The notes: generated by a model not told the origin, from the sequence alone. A DNA stretch of 42,592 nt from Candidatus Hadarchaeota archaeon (GCA_040755315.1 JBFMBF010000009.1:1-42592), one strand, 5' to 3'; counted from the stretch's first letter, positions 29,379 to 39,133 are shown. A program made the numbers and translations.

Positions 29379-30609
29379 TTATGCCAAACGTTCACCACGG
29401 CCTGCAATGAATCTCAAACGTTTGCCACCATTTATACGAGCCAAAACTTCCAGCACAGTTCTGGTCGTAAGTCCAGTATATCTGGCGATATCGTGCTTGG
29501 TTTTCAAGCCAATTTTAATTGCTGTTTTAACTTTCATCTCGTTCTCATGCGGGTTTGTCCTTAGAGGCTGAATTTTGACTGCCGCAGAAAGACGACTCGC
29601 CAGCTCTTTCCCTAACTCGGTGACTGAATATGTAGTGTGGAAAGATTGATTTTTGATCAACAGTCCTCGTCGAATTAATTCTCTAATCCGCCACAATGTT
29701 GATTCTTTAGATATTTTAAGTATCGATGCCAGTTCTCCGCTCGTAAAATTCCGTGAGAACTCGTTTGAGGCAACCAATGCAATTTCCCACGCTGCTGCCT
29801 TGTAAGAGTTGCAAACGCTCTCGAGCCTTTGCTGATGAGTTGCCATTGCAATGCCAACCTCCCGCAATTTCAGCAAATCTTCTCGTTTGCCTATCCTCAA
29901 GTAATACTTGTCGCCGTAATCTGGCACATGATAAGTGAAGACACTGGACTTTACATCGCTCGCTCAACAAACGTTGCATATCCTTCATGAACGAAAAATC
30001 GCAGCTGTGTAATCTCACTTCCTTCTTGCCCGTTGTGGGATTGCAAACAGAACCTTCCATTGCAAAAACTTCACTCACATAAACTTTCACCACACTTTGG
30101 GGAGAATTGAATACCCACTGCGGTATACTTTAAGCGTCTACAGACGTTGGTACGCCAAAAAAATCATGCATAAATGTGGCCAGCGTTTTGTTTGCCACTT
30201 GGAGTATTGTAGTCCCTGTTTTGTCAATCCATGTACGCACATGTTGGATACCAAAAAGTTCTTGCAGCAAATCCTTAAACACAATTATTTTTGTTGGATC
30301 TTTTTTCTGACTGAACATAACTGAATTGATGTCTTTTGGTATAGACCCATCTGGCATCATCCCAACTAGCAGGGCAACTTTTTCATCCAGAGAAAACGGG
30401 ACACTGACAACAATTCCATTTCTACACCTCCCCAATAAAAGAAACAATTTATCGCTACTCAGTCTTTTTACTGAAAAACATGCCAAATCATCAAGCGTCA
30501 ACTTATGGTACACTTTTTCACCGTTCATTAGGGGTCGTGCTTTTTTAAGCCGATTTTGGGGAGAGAAGTCAGCGAAAGTATTGTTTCGGAAAAATACGAA
30601 AGCAACCAA
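29379..30609 (-). pseudogene. Two-motif LAGLIDADG (DOD/WhiA-like) endonuclease with C-terminal wHTH, disrupted
   Basis: LLVGMMPDGSI and YVSEVFAMEGSV motifs; in-frame TAA at 30130-30132; frameshift near 29958; HTH-like segments ELASILKIS..TLWRIREL and HDIARYTGLTTRTV; visibly AT-rich. Confidence 0.72.
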
Positions 30610-30620
30610 ATATGGAGGGA

Positions 30621-30725
30621 TAGCGGGGGGTGGAATCTCCGAAAGCGGCCTTGCGCCACTTCCTCTTGAACCACCGACCTCCGGGTTATGAGCCCGGCGG
30701 GCACTCCATGCTGCCCTACCCCGCT
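30621..30725 (-). tRNA. tRNA-iMet(CAT) with a 30-nt intron at position 59/60
   Basis: AGCGGGG acceptor stem (A1-U72), CCGGG-CTCATAA-CCCGG anticodon arm, GGTGG-TTCAAG|intron|T-CCACC; CCA not encoded. Confidence 0.93.
30635..30664 (-). other. BHB-type tRNA intron in the T-loop
   Basis: AGGAAGTGGCGCAAGGCCGCTTTCGGAGAT; bulges AGA and ATT, relaxed central helix TTCA/GGAG, 9-bp intron stem. Confidence 0.85.
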
Positions 30726-30765
30726 ACCACAACTTCTTTCTCATCTGGGGTAAAATGGCTTGCGC

Positions 30766-31290
30766 TCAAGCCTTGGCCGGTGGCGCCTGCGCGACCGTCG
30801 CCGGGGAAATCAGCTTTCGCAGCATCCCGCCCAGCATCGCCCCAGAACCGACCACCGCGATTATGAAAAAGATGTCGAGGATTGTGGCAATCATCAGCGA
30901 CGACAGCAGCTCCTCGGCAGCAACAGTGCGGCCCAGCGTCTGCGTGAGCGTGGAAAGTATTGGAGAAACCCCGCGGATTACAAGCGTGGCCGCGTTTGAA
31001 ATGACAAGGCCTGCCTCAAGCAGCAACCCGTTGACGGCCCCTGCCCTGAAGTGGCTCCATCCCGCCGCAACCTCACGCGATAGGAAATATCCCGTCAGGA
31101 CCCCGCCGAGCAGGTAGGAAAGAAGCCAAGCTTTAAAGAGTATCAGACAACCACCGCCGAAAACCACCCCGTAAACCACCGGCTTGAGGTAGCGCTTCCT
31201 GTCTAGGCCCCTTGACATCAGGAACAGCGACACCTCTAGCACCAGGCCCGCGGTGACGCTGTAAATCAGGAAGAACTGCGCGTCGTCCAT
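30766..31290 (-). CDS. Hypothetical multi-pass membrane protein
   Basis: 174 aa, Gly-rich hydrophobic helices. Confidence 0.65.
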   Translation of the reverse strand: MDDAQFFLIYSVTAGLVLEVSLFLMSRGLDRKRYLKPVVYGVVFGGGCLILFKAWLLSYLLGGVLTGYFLSREVAAGWSHFRAGAVNGLLLEAGLVISNAATLVIRGVSPILSTLTQTLGRTVAAEELLSSLMIATILDIFFIIAVVGSGAMLGGMLRKLISPATVAQAPPAKA

Positions 31291-31354
31291 GCATCGCCCT
31301 ACGCGGCGGCGGATAAACGGCTTTTGTCTGCCAAGAATCAGGATTGGCTGTACA

Positions 31355-31714
31355 TCATCTCTTGCTCTTGGTGATGGAGATGCCCTGCCACGTCAGCCTC
31401 ATCTTCACTTTTCCTTTGGGGGCGAGGCCCAATTCCTTCGCCATGACTCGCGGGATCGAAACAACCAATGACCCACCTATCTTTTTCAGCTCCCGCTCCT
31501 CCTCCAGCCGCGGCTTCCATAACCCCAGCCTTGTCGCCTTCTCCTGCGCCCGCACCACTTGCTTTGCAGCGTAAAATTCCTCCCCGCACTTTGAGCATTT
31601 GTCCACCTCCAACTCCGGCTCAACCACCACCTGCCCCACGACATACGGCGCGCTGGCTCGCCTGATCTCACCCCCGCAGACGGGGCAGCTCCTGAGGTAC
31701 CTTCCCGCCATCAT
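31355..31714 (-). CDS. YgiT/MqsA-type Zn finger fused to an AbrB/MazE-like DNA-binding domain (putative antitoxin)
   Basis: CPVCGG...CSKCGEEF, then LKKIGGSLVVSIPRVMAKELGL. Confidence 0.8.
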   Translation of the reverse strand: MMAGRYLRSCPVCGGEIRRASAPYVVGQVVVEPELEVDKCSKCGEEFYAAKQVVRAQEKATRLGLWKPRLEEERELKKIGGSLVVSIPRVMAKELGLAPKGKVKMRLTWQGISITKSKR

Positions 31715-31961
31715 AACACCTTTCCCGTCGTTTGCCCGATGTTTATCACGACTATCTTGTCGCCCAGCTCGGCGTACCTGATTAGGACGTACTTTCTAGC
31801 GAACCTGTCCTGCGCCAGCCACTTCCCGGCCCTTCTGCTCTCGAGTTTTTTCTTTCATCATCTATCGCCGCCGCCAGCCTCTGAACAGACATGCCGAGGT
31901 GGTCCATCTCCCGCCACGCCGATTTGGTTATCACTAGGCGCTTCCTTTTTGTGTATAACAT
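31711..31961 (-). pseudogene. Frameshifted putative RelE/DUF4258-like toxin
   Basis: MLYTKRKRLVITKSAWREMDHLG... then -1 frame KKLESRRAGKW...YVLIRYAELGDKIVVINIG...VL*; its TGA overlaps the antitoxin ATG. Confidence 0.6.
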
Positions 31962-32080
31962 TTGTTTAACCTCTATTTAACTTTTTACAGTTCCGCCATC
32001 CATTTTCGCACAATCATCCGACGGAGCTTTGGGTGAGGGGCCTATATAAAGGGAAAAATTTCAGGTTGATGGGTATCTCG

Positions 32081-34036
32081 ATGGGAACTCAAATGTTCGG
32101 ATGGGCCGGGACAGTTTTGCGTGTCGATCTGGCGAGGGAAAAAGTGGTAAAGCAGCCCCTAGACAAAAAGACGGCTGCCGACTTCATAGGTGGCAGAGGG
32201 ATAAACAGCAAAGTTCTTTTCGACGAGATTAAGCCGGGGATAGACCCGCTGGCCCCTGAGAACATCATGTGCTTCGCGGTCGGACCTATGACAGGGACAT
32301 CGTTCACGAGCACAGGCAGGATTCAGGTGAGCACCCTCTCACCATACAGCTACATCCTGGGGGACGGCAACTCAGGGGGATTCTTCCCGTGGTTCCTGAA
32401 GCTTGCTGGCTACGACCAGATAGTGGTGACTGGGCGGGCGGGCGGGCCGAAGTACATCTTGATAGATGATGACGAGGTGGAAATCAGGGACGCCTCCGAC
32501 CTGTGGGGCAGGGACACCTGGGAGACCACTGACATGCTGAAAGAGAAACATGGAAAAGAGTTCAGAACGGCGTCCATAGGGCAGGCCGGCGAGAATCTTG
32601 TCCGGTTCGCCTCCACGATGTTTGATAAGTACTGCTCGGCAGCCCGCGGGAGCGGCGCCGTGATGGGCTCCAAGAAGCTTAAGGCCATCGCGGTTCGGGG
32701 GACGAAGAAGGTCCAATTGGCTGACAAGGAGGGGGCGGAGAAACTGGCAGCCGAAGAGAGAAAGTTCTTTCTCACCGACCCCACACAGCGGAAAATCGCC
32801 AAATATGGGACCCACTTAGGGATGCTCGGGTGGTGGCCCGGCTACAGGTACTTCAAGCGCTATCTGTCCGAGAAAGATGTGCCGGAGGATCTGAAGCCGG
32901 AGGGGTGGAAGAAGTACGAGACAGGAAGAACGGCCTGCTATGGCTGCCTAGTGAGCTGCAAGAACGTGTGCCAGATCCCGGAAGGTCACAGAACATACGG
33001 GGGGGAAAAGGGGGAGGGGCTGGAGTACGAGACGATATTCTGTCTCGGGACAAACTGCGGCGTCCTCGACCCAGTATCGATAATGATAATGGGGAACCTC
33101 GCGGACAAATATGGCATGTGCACGATACCGTTGGGAAACGCTGTCGCATTCTCGAAAGAACTCTACGACAAGGGCATCATAACGAAGAAGGACACGGGCG
33201 GGCTCTCTCTGGAGTGGGAGGTCATTGACGACCAGATTGAGCTGATTCACAGGATAGCGCTGAGGGAAGGGTTTGGTAACTTCCTGGCCGAGGGGATGTA
33301 CAGCGTGGCGAAGAGGATCGGCAAGGAGGCTATGGATTACTGCTATCACGTCAAGGGGTCGTGCCGCGGGCCTTCTGACTACCCTGTCGGAGTCTTTACC
33401 TTGGCGCACGCGACATCCACGCGCGGGGCCGACCACCTCAGGGGGAGGAGCTGGGCGTTCGGGGAGAACGACCCAGACGTGTTCCCCGACCTGCAGAAGA
33501 AGGGCTACATCCCGTCCGAGCCCGTCCCGGCGCTGGTCGTCTCTGAGAATGCATGCACGCTCGCGGACGCCCTCGGCCGCTGCAAGGGGAGCGTCAACAA
33601 CTGGGCGGCGGCCGTGCCGCTTGTGTTCAGGTACCCGCTGTGGGATGGAATCGCGATGGTGCTCACGGCCGTGACCGGCGTCGAGTACACCTCCGCCTCG
33701 GTGCAGCAGGCGCTCGAGAGGATTTACGCCATCGAGAGGGCGTTCCTCATAAGACAGGGGATAACCAGGAAGCAAGACCGGCTGGTGCAGAGGCCCGGGA
33801 AGAAGGGCACTCCAGAAGGGCTGGAGGAGGAGAAGAACCACGAGAGGATGCTCACGCAGTACTACCAGATGAGAGGGTGGGAGGAGAAGAGCGGCGTCCC
33901 GACGAAGGACACTCTCAACAAGCTGGGGCTGCATCGCGTGGCCGACGAGCTTGAGGCAAACATGCCGTACCCAGAGTGGGACGGGCCGCCGCTGTGGCCG
34001 CTTGAAAAGTACCCGCACGGCGGGAACCGAGCATAG
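32081..34036 (+). CDS. aor: Tungsten aldehyde:ferredoxin oxidoreductase-family protein
   Basis: GWAGTVLRVDL, IGGRG, SIGQAGENLV, GAVMGSKKLKAIAVRG, CYGCLVSC, EYET, RGADHL; TATA-like ctatataaa at ~32042. Confidence 0.9.
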   Translation: MGTQMFGWAGTVLRVDLAREKVVKQPLDKKTAADFIGGRGINSKVLFDEIKPGIDPLAPENIMCFAVGPMTGTSFTSTGRIQVSTLSPYSYILGDGNSGGFFPWFLKLAGYDQIVVTGRAGGPKYILIDDDEVEIRDASDLWGRDTWETTDMLKEKHGKEFRTASIGQAGENLVRFASTMFDKYCSAARGSGAVMGSKKLKAIAVRGTKKVQLADKEGAEKLAAEERKFFLTDPTQRKIAKYGTHLGMLGWWPGYRYFKRYLSEKDVPEDLKPEGWKKYETGRTACYGCLVSCKNVCQIPEGHRTYGGEKGEGLEYETIFCLGTNCGVLDPVSIMIMGNLADKYGMCTIPLGNAVAFSKELYDKGIITKKDTGGLSLEWEVIDDQIELIHRIALREGFGNFLAEGMYSVAKRIGKEAMDYCYHVKGSCRGPSDYPVGVFTLAHATSTRGADHLRGRSWAFGENDPDVFPDLQKKGYIPSEPVPALVVSENACTLADALGRCKGSVNNWAAAVPLVFRYPLWDGIAMVLTAVTGVEYTSASVQQALERIYAIERAFLIRQGITRKQDRLVQRPGKKGTPEGLEEEKNHERMLTQYYQMRGWEEKSGVPTKDTLNKLGLHRVADELEANMPYPEWDGPPLWPLEKYPHGGNRA

Positions 34037-34073
34037 ATTTTTCTCGGGGGCGCTGCAAACCGCTTCGGGCAAG

Positions 34074-34886
34074 TTACTTGACGAACTTCCTGAGCCGCTC
34101 CACTGTCCTGTAAGGCACTGTGATGTCGCCCACCGCGCCCGAACCGGAGTCGGTCCCTCCAACCTTGACCAAGTTGTACTTGCGAGCTATCGTCCGGAAC
34201 CTCTTAACCTCCATAGGGGTGTGCGTCGGATGGTAGACCTCAATCGCGGCGAGGCCCTCCTTGACGAGTTGCGGAATGAACCCCTCGGCTTCACCGAACT
34301 TTGGGTGCGCCAAAGCGACAACTCCTCCGGCACCGCGTATCAGATCGACCAAGACGGGGAGCGGACGCTGGTCAATGGGAACATGCGCTGGCCTCCCCGG
34401 CCCGAGGTAACGGTCAAAAGCGTCCCTCATGCTACTCACGGCCCTAGTCATCTTCAGGTAGCTGGCTATGTGGGTCATGTCAATTATGCTTGAGTCGCCG
34501 ACCTCTTGCAAAACATCCTCGTAGGCTAACTTGAGGCCCAGGCGCTGTAGCTTTTCAATAACCGATATCGCTCTGTTCGCTCTTTCCATCTGGGCCCTGC
34601 CTATTTCAGAAATAAGCTGGCGGTTGTGGTAATTTATGAAGTAACCCATGATGTGGGCGTTGCGCATCCCTTCCTCGTAAATCATCTCAACGGCTGGGAT
34701 GACCTCCACTCCGAACATCTCTGACGCTCCAGTCGCTTCCTGTACGCCCTCAACCGTGTCATGCTCGACTATCGCTATCGCTGCGACGCCTTTCTCCTTC
34801 GCTGCCCTGACGACATCTTCCGGCTCCAGTTTCCCCACGGAGGTCGTCGTCCTGACGTGCAGGTCCGCCCTTTTTCCCGTTATCAT
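34074..34886 (-). CDS. PHP-domain protein with degenerate metal ligands
   Basis: ADLHVRTTTSVG, AIVEHDT, HIMGY, GGVVALAHP, GGTDSG. Confidence 0.8.
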   Translation of the reverse strand: MITGKRADLHVRTTTSVGKLEPEDVVRAAKEKGVAAIAIVEHDTVEGVQEATGASEMFGVEVIPAVEMIYEEGMRNAHIMGYFINYHNRQLISEIGRAQMERANRAISVIEKLQRLGLKLAYEDVLQEVGDSSIIDMTHIASYLKMTRAVSSMRDAFDRYLGPGRPAHVPIDQRPLPVLVDLIRGAGGVVALAHPKFGEAEGFIPQLVKEGLAAIEVYHPTHTPMEVKRFRTIARKYNLVKVGGTDSGSGAVGDITVPYRTVERLRKFVK

Positions 34887-34973
34887 GCACACATGTGTTC
34901 CTCCGGTAAGAATAAAGTTTGGCGACGACGCCATAGTGCCTAATAGCCTGTGCGCCAAATTCAGTTGGAAAAG

Positions 34974-35651
34974 ATGACAAAGCTGGTATTGTTTGACGTG
35001 GACCAAACGCTGGTCGATGCTCTGGAGCACCACAACTACGGTTACAGTAAAGCTATGAAAGAAGTTTTCGGGGTAGACGCCCAGCTGACTGAAATAAAAT
35101 TCGCGGGGAAAATCGTTCCGAACATTATCAGGGAGCTTGGTGAACTCAAGGGAATCTCCAAAGATGTGGTGGAGTCTAGGCTTGCCGAGGCCGTGGAGAA
35201 AGTCGAACATTTCGCCAAGGAAGCCGTAAACAAAAACCATGTGAAAGTCTTGGCAGGGGTGGTTCAGCTACTTGAAAAACTGAGGGAAAGAAAACATGTC
35301 ATTGGGATTCTTACAGGGAGCCCAAAAGCTGTGACCGAGTCAATCTTGGAAAAAGCCGGCCTCAAGAAATATTTTGACATTATGGTGTTCGGGCCGGAGG
35401 GCAAGAGCAGGGTGGAGCTGGTCGGGGTCGCCGTCGCCAGGGCTGAAGGGAAGACTGGCAGAAGATTCTCGGGAAAGGACCTTGTGACCATCGGAGACTC
35501 GATACACGACATTGACTGCGGGAAGCCCTACGGGGCCGTGACAATCGCGGTGGCAACTGGATTCCACTCGAGGGAGGAACTGATGGAACACTCGCCGGAT
35601 TACCTCTTCAGGGACCTCACAGACCCAAAAATTCTGGAGGTTTTGGCTTGA
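34974..35651 (+). CDS. HAD-superfamily hydrolase
   Basis: LFDVDQTLVD, ILTG, IGDSIHD. Confidence 0.9.
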   Translation: MTKLVLFDVDQTLVDALEHHNYGYSKAMKEVFGVDAQLTEIKFAGKIVPNIIRELGELKGISKDVVESRLAEAVEKVEHFAKEAVNKNHVKVLAGVVQLLEKLRERKHVIGILTGSPKAVTESILEKAGLKKYFDIMVFGPEGKSRVELVGVAVARAEGKTGRRFSGKDLVTIGDSIHDIDCGKPYGAVTIAVATGFHSREELMEHSPDYLFRDLTDPKILEVLA

Positions 35652-35656
35652 GCGGG

Positions 35657-35710
35657 ATGACGGGCAAAGTCGTGCTCATCAGGGGCTGCTCAGGCGGCAT
35701 CGGCTACTCC
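35657..35710 (+). pseudogene. N-terminal fragment of a short-chain dehydrogenase
   Basis: MTGKVVLIRGCSGGIG resembles the SDR TGxxxGIG start, then runs into the convergent gene. Confidence 0.5.
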
Positions 35711-35740
35711 AGATCTCTTTACTTGGCCGCCGCTACTTGT

Positions 35741-36793
35741 TTAGACGCGCTGGGCCTTGTAGAAAAATCCCGGAGCTTGGCCAACTTTTGTGCTCTGGAG
35801 CTCGAGTTGCCAGACTATCTCGCCCGCGCGAGTCACCTCAATTATGGTTGACACGTCGTCGTTCATGTTGCCTAAAGTCCCACCCGTGTTCACCGACACG
35901 ATCAAAACGTTTCCGTTTGGCAGCGAATCGCCGTCCCTGGTCGTCCGCAGGTTGGAGTTGCCGTAAGTCCAAATGGTTTGCCCGTTTTCCAGCCCGGCCT
36001 CCACCACCACGTAAGGGGAATCATTTTGGAGGCAAACCAACATGGTGCCCCTGTTTTCATCTATCTCTGGTTCGTGAGGGTCCGTGTCAGTCCCAAAAGA
36101 ACTCCAGTCGTGCTCCTTGACGACCTTACCAGTCTCGTCCACTATCGTTGTCAGATAAAAGTTTCTCATATTTATCATCGTGTTCCCATTGCTCAACCTC
36201 TGGACGGCATTTGTATGTGTCCAGCCCTGAAATGAATACTGCGAAGTGGGGAACCTCTGAAGATAATTATCTTTCGCATACCAAGACCAGACGGGACTGC
36301 CGCTGAAATTGACTTCTTTGACCACGGCATCTGTCTGCGCGTCGTTGTTTCCAAACACATAAATCGTGTTTCCGTTGGATAACCTGTCGGCATCATGGCT
36401 GTTTTTCTGGTCCAAATGTGACCAAACGAGATTTCCACTTCGGTTTATCTCGTATATGCCGCTGTTGGATATGGAAATCAATATGTGGTTGTCTGGGAGC
36501 ACCTCCGCGTCAAAGCCGACTATTGTCCCGCTTGGCGTCCAGTTGTCAGGGAGTGTGAACTCCCAAACGACGTTGCCGTTCATGTCGACCTCGTAAATTT
36601 TTGGATTGTCCCTGTCGTGAGTGTCGGTGAAAAGGGTCGTGCCGTTGTATGCCTTTGCCTGATTGTAAACCGAAACGACGAACGGGCTGCTGGCAGTTGT
36701 GGTGCTCGGGGCCCCGCGAGCGACAAAGAAAGCGCCCGCTCCGGCGGCAGACAGGATCAGGACAAAAACCAGAATTACTTTCCCGCTCGGCAT
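35741..36793 (-). CDS. Membrane-anchored arylsulfotransferase-like beta-propeller protein
   Basis: N-terminal TM; SHDADRLSNGN, WTHTNAVQRL, PHEPE, RDGDSLPNGN, EVTRAGEIVW. Confidence 0.72.
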   Translation of the reverse strand: MPSGKVILVFVLILSAAGAGAFFVARGAPSTTTASSPFVVSVYNQAKAYNGTTLFTDTHDRDNPKIYEVDMNGNVVWEFTLPDNWTPSGTIVGFDAEVLPDNHILISISNSGIYEINRSGNLVWSHLDQKNSHDADRLSNGNTIYVFGNNDAQTDAVVKEVNFSGSPVWSWYAKDNYLQRFPTSQYSFQGWTHTNAVQRLSNGNTMINMRNFYLTTIVDETGKVVKEHDWSSFGTDTDPHEPEIDENRGTMLVCLQNDSPYVVVEAGLENGQTIWTYGNSNLRTTRDGDSLPNGNVLIVSVNTGGTLGNMNDDVSTIIEVTRAGEIVWQLELQSTKVGQAPGFFYKAQRV

Positions 36794-36795
36794 CT

Positions 36796-39129
36796 TCACA
36801 ACTTCTTTTCCTTCAACGCCTTCAGCACTCGCTCGGGCGTGAACGGCGACTCGTAGAGCCTGATTCCAACGGCATTGTAAATAGCGTTGGATATCGCCGG
36901 CAGGGCCCCGTTTATGCAGACTTCCCCGGCGCTCTTCGCCCCGTAGGGCCCGGAAGGCTCGTAGCTGGGCACGAGGATGGAAATTATCTTTGGGACATCA
37001 GCTATCGTGAAAATTTTGTAGTTGGCGAAAGACGGGTTGAGCACCCTTCCGTTGCCGTCAAATATGAACTCTTCAGTCAGGGCATAGCTCACGGCGTTCA
37101 GGACAGCTCCCTCGGCCTGCCCCTCCGCCAGCCTCGGGTTGATCGGGGTCCCGCAGTCGAGGGCGACCACGTAGCGCGGGACGGTCACCTGCCCGGTCTC
37201 TGTGTCCACGACCACCTCGACAAAGTGAACTGCGTATGACTGTGGTGGCATTGGACTGAACCGCGAAGCCGTGGCGGAAATCTGGAACTGGTTCCTGCCG
37301 TAGAACGCCCTGCCGGCTATCTGGCTGTATTCCACCCGCTCTCCCGTGCTGACCGAGACCACTCCCTTGTTTTCCACCCTCAGGTTCTCCTTCGGCTCGC
37401 CGAGCATCTCAGCCGCGACGTGTAGTATCTGTTCTTTTATCTTGTGAGCTGCATCAAAAACCACTGCACCCGTGAGGTAGGTTGTGCCCGAAGCGTAAGC
37501 GCCCTTGTCGAAAGGAGTGATATCAGTGTCAGAGACATACGGTATGACGTCCTCGAGCGGGATGTCCAGAACCTCGGCGAATATCTGCGAAAGGACTGTG
37601 TCGGCCCCCGTCCCGAGATCAGTGGCACCCATCAGGAGGTTGAAAGAGCCGTCGTCATTCATCTTCGCGAAAACCGATGCCATGTCTATGAAAGGAACAG
37701 TCGCCCCTTGGACGGTACAGACCATCCCGACCCCTCTCATCAGCTTGCCTTCCTTCTGCTTGCTGTACTCCTCCCGCTTCTCCCTCCAGCCAAACATCTC
37801 CGCGCCCTTCCTCACGCACTCCGGGAGTGAGCAGCTCTTGATTGTCATGGCCACACCTTTCCCGACCTCGCCCAGCTTTTCGAATATCGGGTGGGTGTCG
37901 CCCTCCCTGACGGTGTTTTTCAGCCAGAAGTCGACCGGGTCCATCCCCACCGCCTCGGCCATCTCGTCCATCATCACCCCCATCGGGAAGGAGGCCTCGA
38001 ATACTCCGTAACCCCTGTAGGCACCCGCCTGCGGCAGGTTGGTGTAGACAGTGTCTCCGACGAACTTGATGTTGTTGCACTTGTAAAGAGGCAGGGTCTT
38101 CGCGCAGCAGTTGCTCATTACTGTCATCGCGTGGGAGCCGTAAGCCCCTGCGTTGCTGATGACCTTCATGGAGATGGCCGCCAGACTCCCGTCCTTCTTC
38201 ACGCCGCTTTTCAGCCAGAATGCCATCTGGTGCCTCGTCCTGGAGCTGACGAACACCTCCTCCCTGCTGAGGACCAGCCTGACGGGCCGCTTCGTCCTTA
38301 GTGTCAGCATCCCGCAGACGTCCTCAAGAAGCATCTCCTGTTTGGAGCCGAAGCCCCCGCCTATCCTTGGCTTTATCACCCTGACCATCCTCTCCGGTAT
38401 TTCCAGACATTGGGCAACTATCCTCCTGACGTGGTACGGGACCTGGGTGCTTGAGCGGACCACCAGGCGGCCGCCGGGGTCAAGATAGCTGATGCACGAG
38501 TGGGGCTCCAGGGCGCAGTGCTGCCCGTAGTGGTTCTTGAACTTGCGCTCGATGACGAAATCCGCATCCTTGACTCCATCATCGAAGCTACCCGCCTCCA
38601 AGTCGATGTGGGCGCAGTGATTGTGCTTCGGGTCATAGAAGACGGGGATGATATACTTGCAGTCGGGCTCATCGTGTATCACCGGCGCGCCCTCGTCCAT
38701 CGCCCTCTCGAGGTCGAAGATTGCCGGCAGCGGCTCATAGTCCACCTTGATTAGCTTCAAGGCCTTCTCGGCTATCTCCTCTGTGTCGGCGGCCACCGCG
38801 GCCACCCTGTCCCCGACATGCCTGACCTTGTTGTCGAACATCACGGTGTCGTAAGGTGAGGGCTCTGGCCACCCCTGCCCGGCGGTCGTGTGAATGACCC
38901 GCGGGATGTTCTTGTAGCAGATGACGGCGCGAACTCCCGGTAGGGCCTCGGCTTTTCTTGTGTCAATGTCCTTGATCAAGGCGTGCGGGTGCGGACTCCA
39001 GAGAATTTTCGCGTGCAGCATCCCGGGGAGTGTGAAGTCGTCCGTGTATAATGGTTTCCCCATGGCAAGCGGGATGGCGTCTATCTTGCGCGCGTCCTTC
39101 CCGACAACTCTACCTGAAAAAACCTTCAT
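36796..39129 (-). CDS. Xanthine dehydrogenase-family molybdopterin subunit (XdhD-like)
   Basis: SSTQVP, IGGGFGSKQE, AYRGYG, DLGTG, AYASG, AEGQAEG, GAKSAGE. Confidence 0.92.
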   Translation of the reverse strand: MKVFSGRVVGKDARKIDAIPLAMGKPLYTDDFTLPGMLHAKILWSPHPHALIKDIDTRKAEALPGVRAVICYKNIPRVIHTTAGQGWPEPSPYDTVMFDNKVRHVGDRVAAVAADTEEIAEKALKLIKVDYEPLPAIFDLERAMDEGAPVIHDEPDCKYIIPVFYDPKHNHCAHIDLEAGSFDDGVKDADFVIERKFKNHYGQHCALEPHSCISYLDPGGRLVVRSSTQVPYHVRRIVAQCLEIPERMVRVIKPRIGGGFGSKQEMLLEDVCGMLTLRTKRPVRLVLSREEVFVSSRTRHQMAFWLKSGVKKDGSLAAISMKVISNAGAYGSHAMTVMSNCCAKTLPLYKCNNIKFVGDTVYTNLPQAGAYRGYGVFEASFPMGVMMDEMAEAVGMDPVDFWLKNTVREGDTHPIFEKLGEVGKGVAMTIKSCSLPECVRKGAEMFGWREKREEYSKQKEGKLMRGVGMVCTVQGATVPFIDMASVFAKMNDDGSFNLLMGATDLGTGADTVLSQIFAEVLDIPLEDVIPYVSDTDITPFDKGAYASGTTYLTGAVVFDAAHKIKEQILHVAAEMLGEPKENLRVENKGVVSVSTGERVEYSQIAGRAFYGRNQFQISATASRFSPMPPQSYAVHFVEVVVDTETGQVTVPRYVVALDCGTPINPRLAEGQAEGAVLNAVSYALTEEFIFDGNGRVLNPSFANYKIFTIADVPKIISILVPSYEPSGPYGAKSAGEVCINGALPAISNAIYNAVGIRLYESPFTPERVLKALKEKKL

Positions 39130-39133
39130 GCGC

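Noticed and set aside
29330..30725. Integrative element with att sites at the tRNA
   Set aside because: No duplicated tRNA 3' end and no integrase; only short caaacgttt/cgccac-like repeats near 29361-29428 of unclear meaning.
32948..34493. Long alternative-frame ORFs (404 aa and 180 aa) and similar shadow ORFs elsewhere
   Set aside because: They overlap well-supported genes, lack motifs, and are expected from GC-rich codon usage.
17237..39129. Selenocysteine recoding in ygfK or xdh genes
   Set aside because: The ORFs are complete without in-frame TGA, and no SECIS-like element was recognised.
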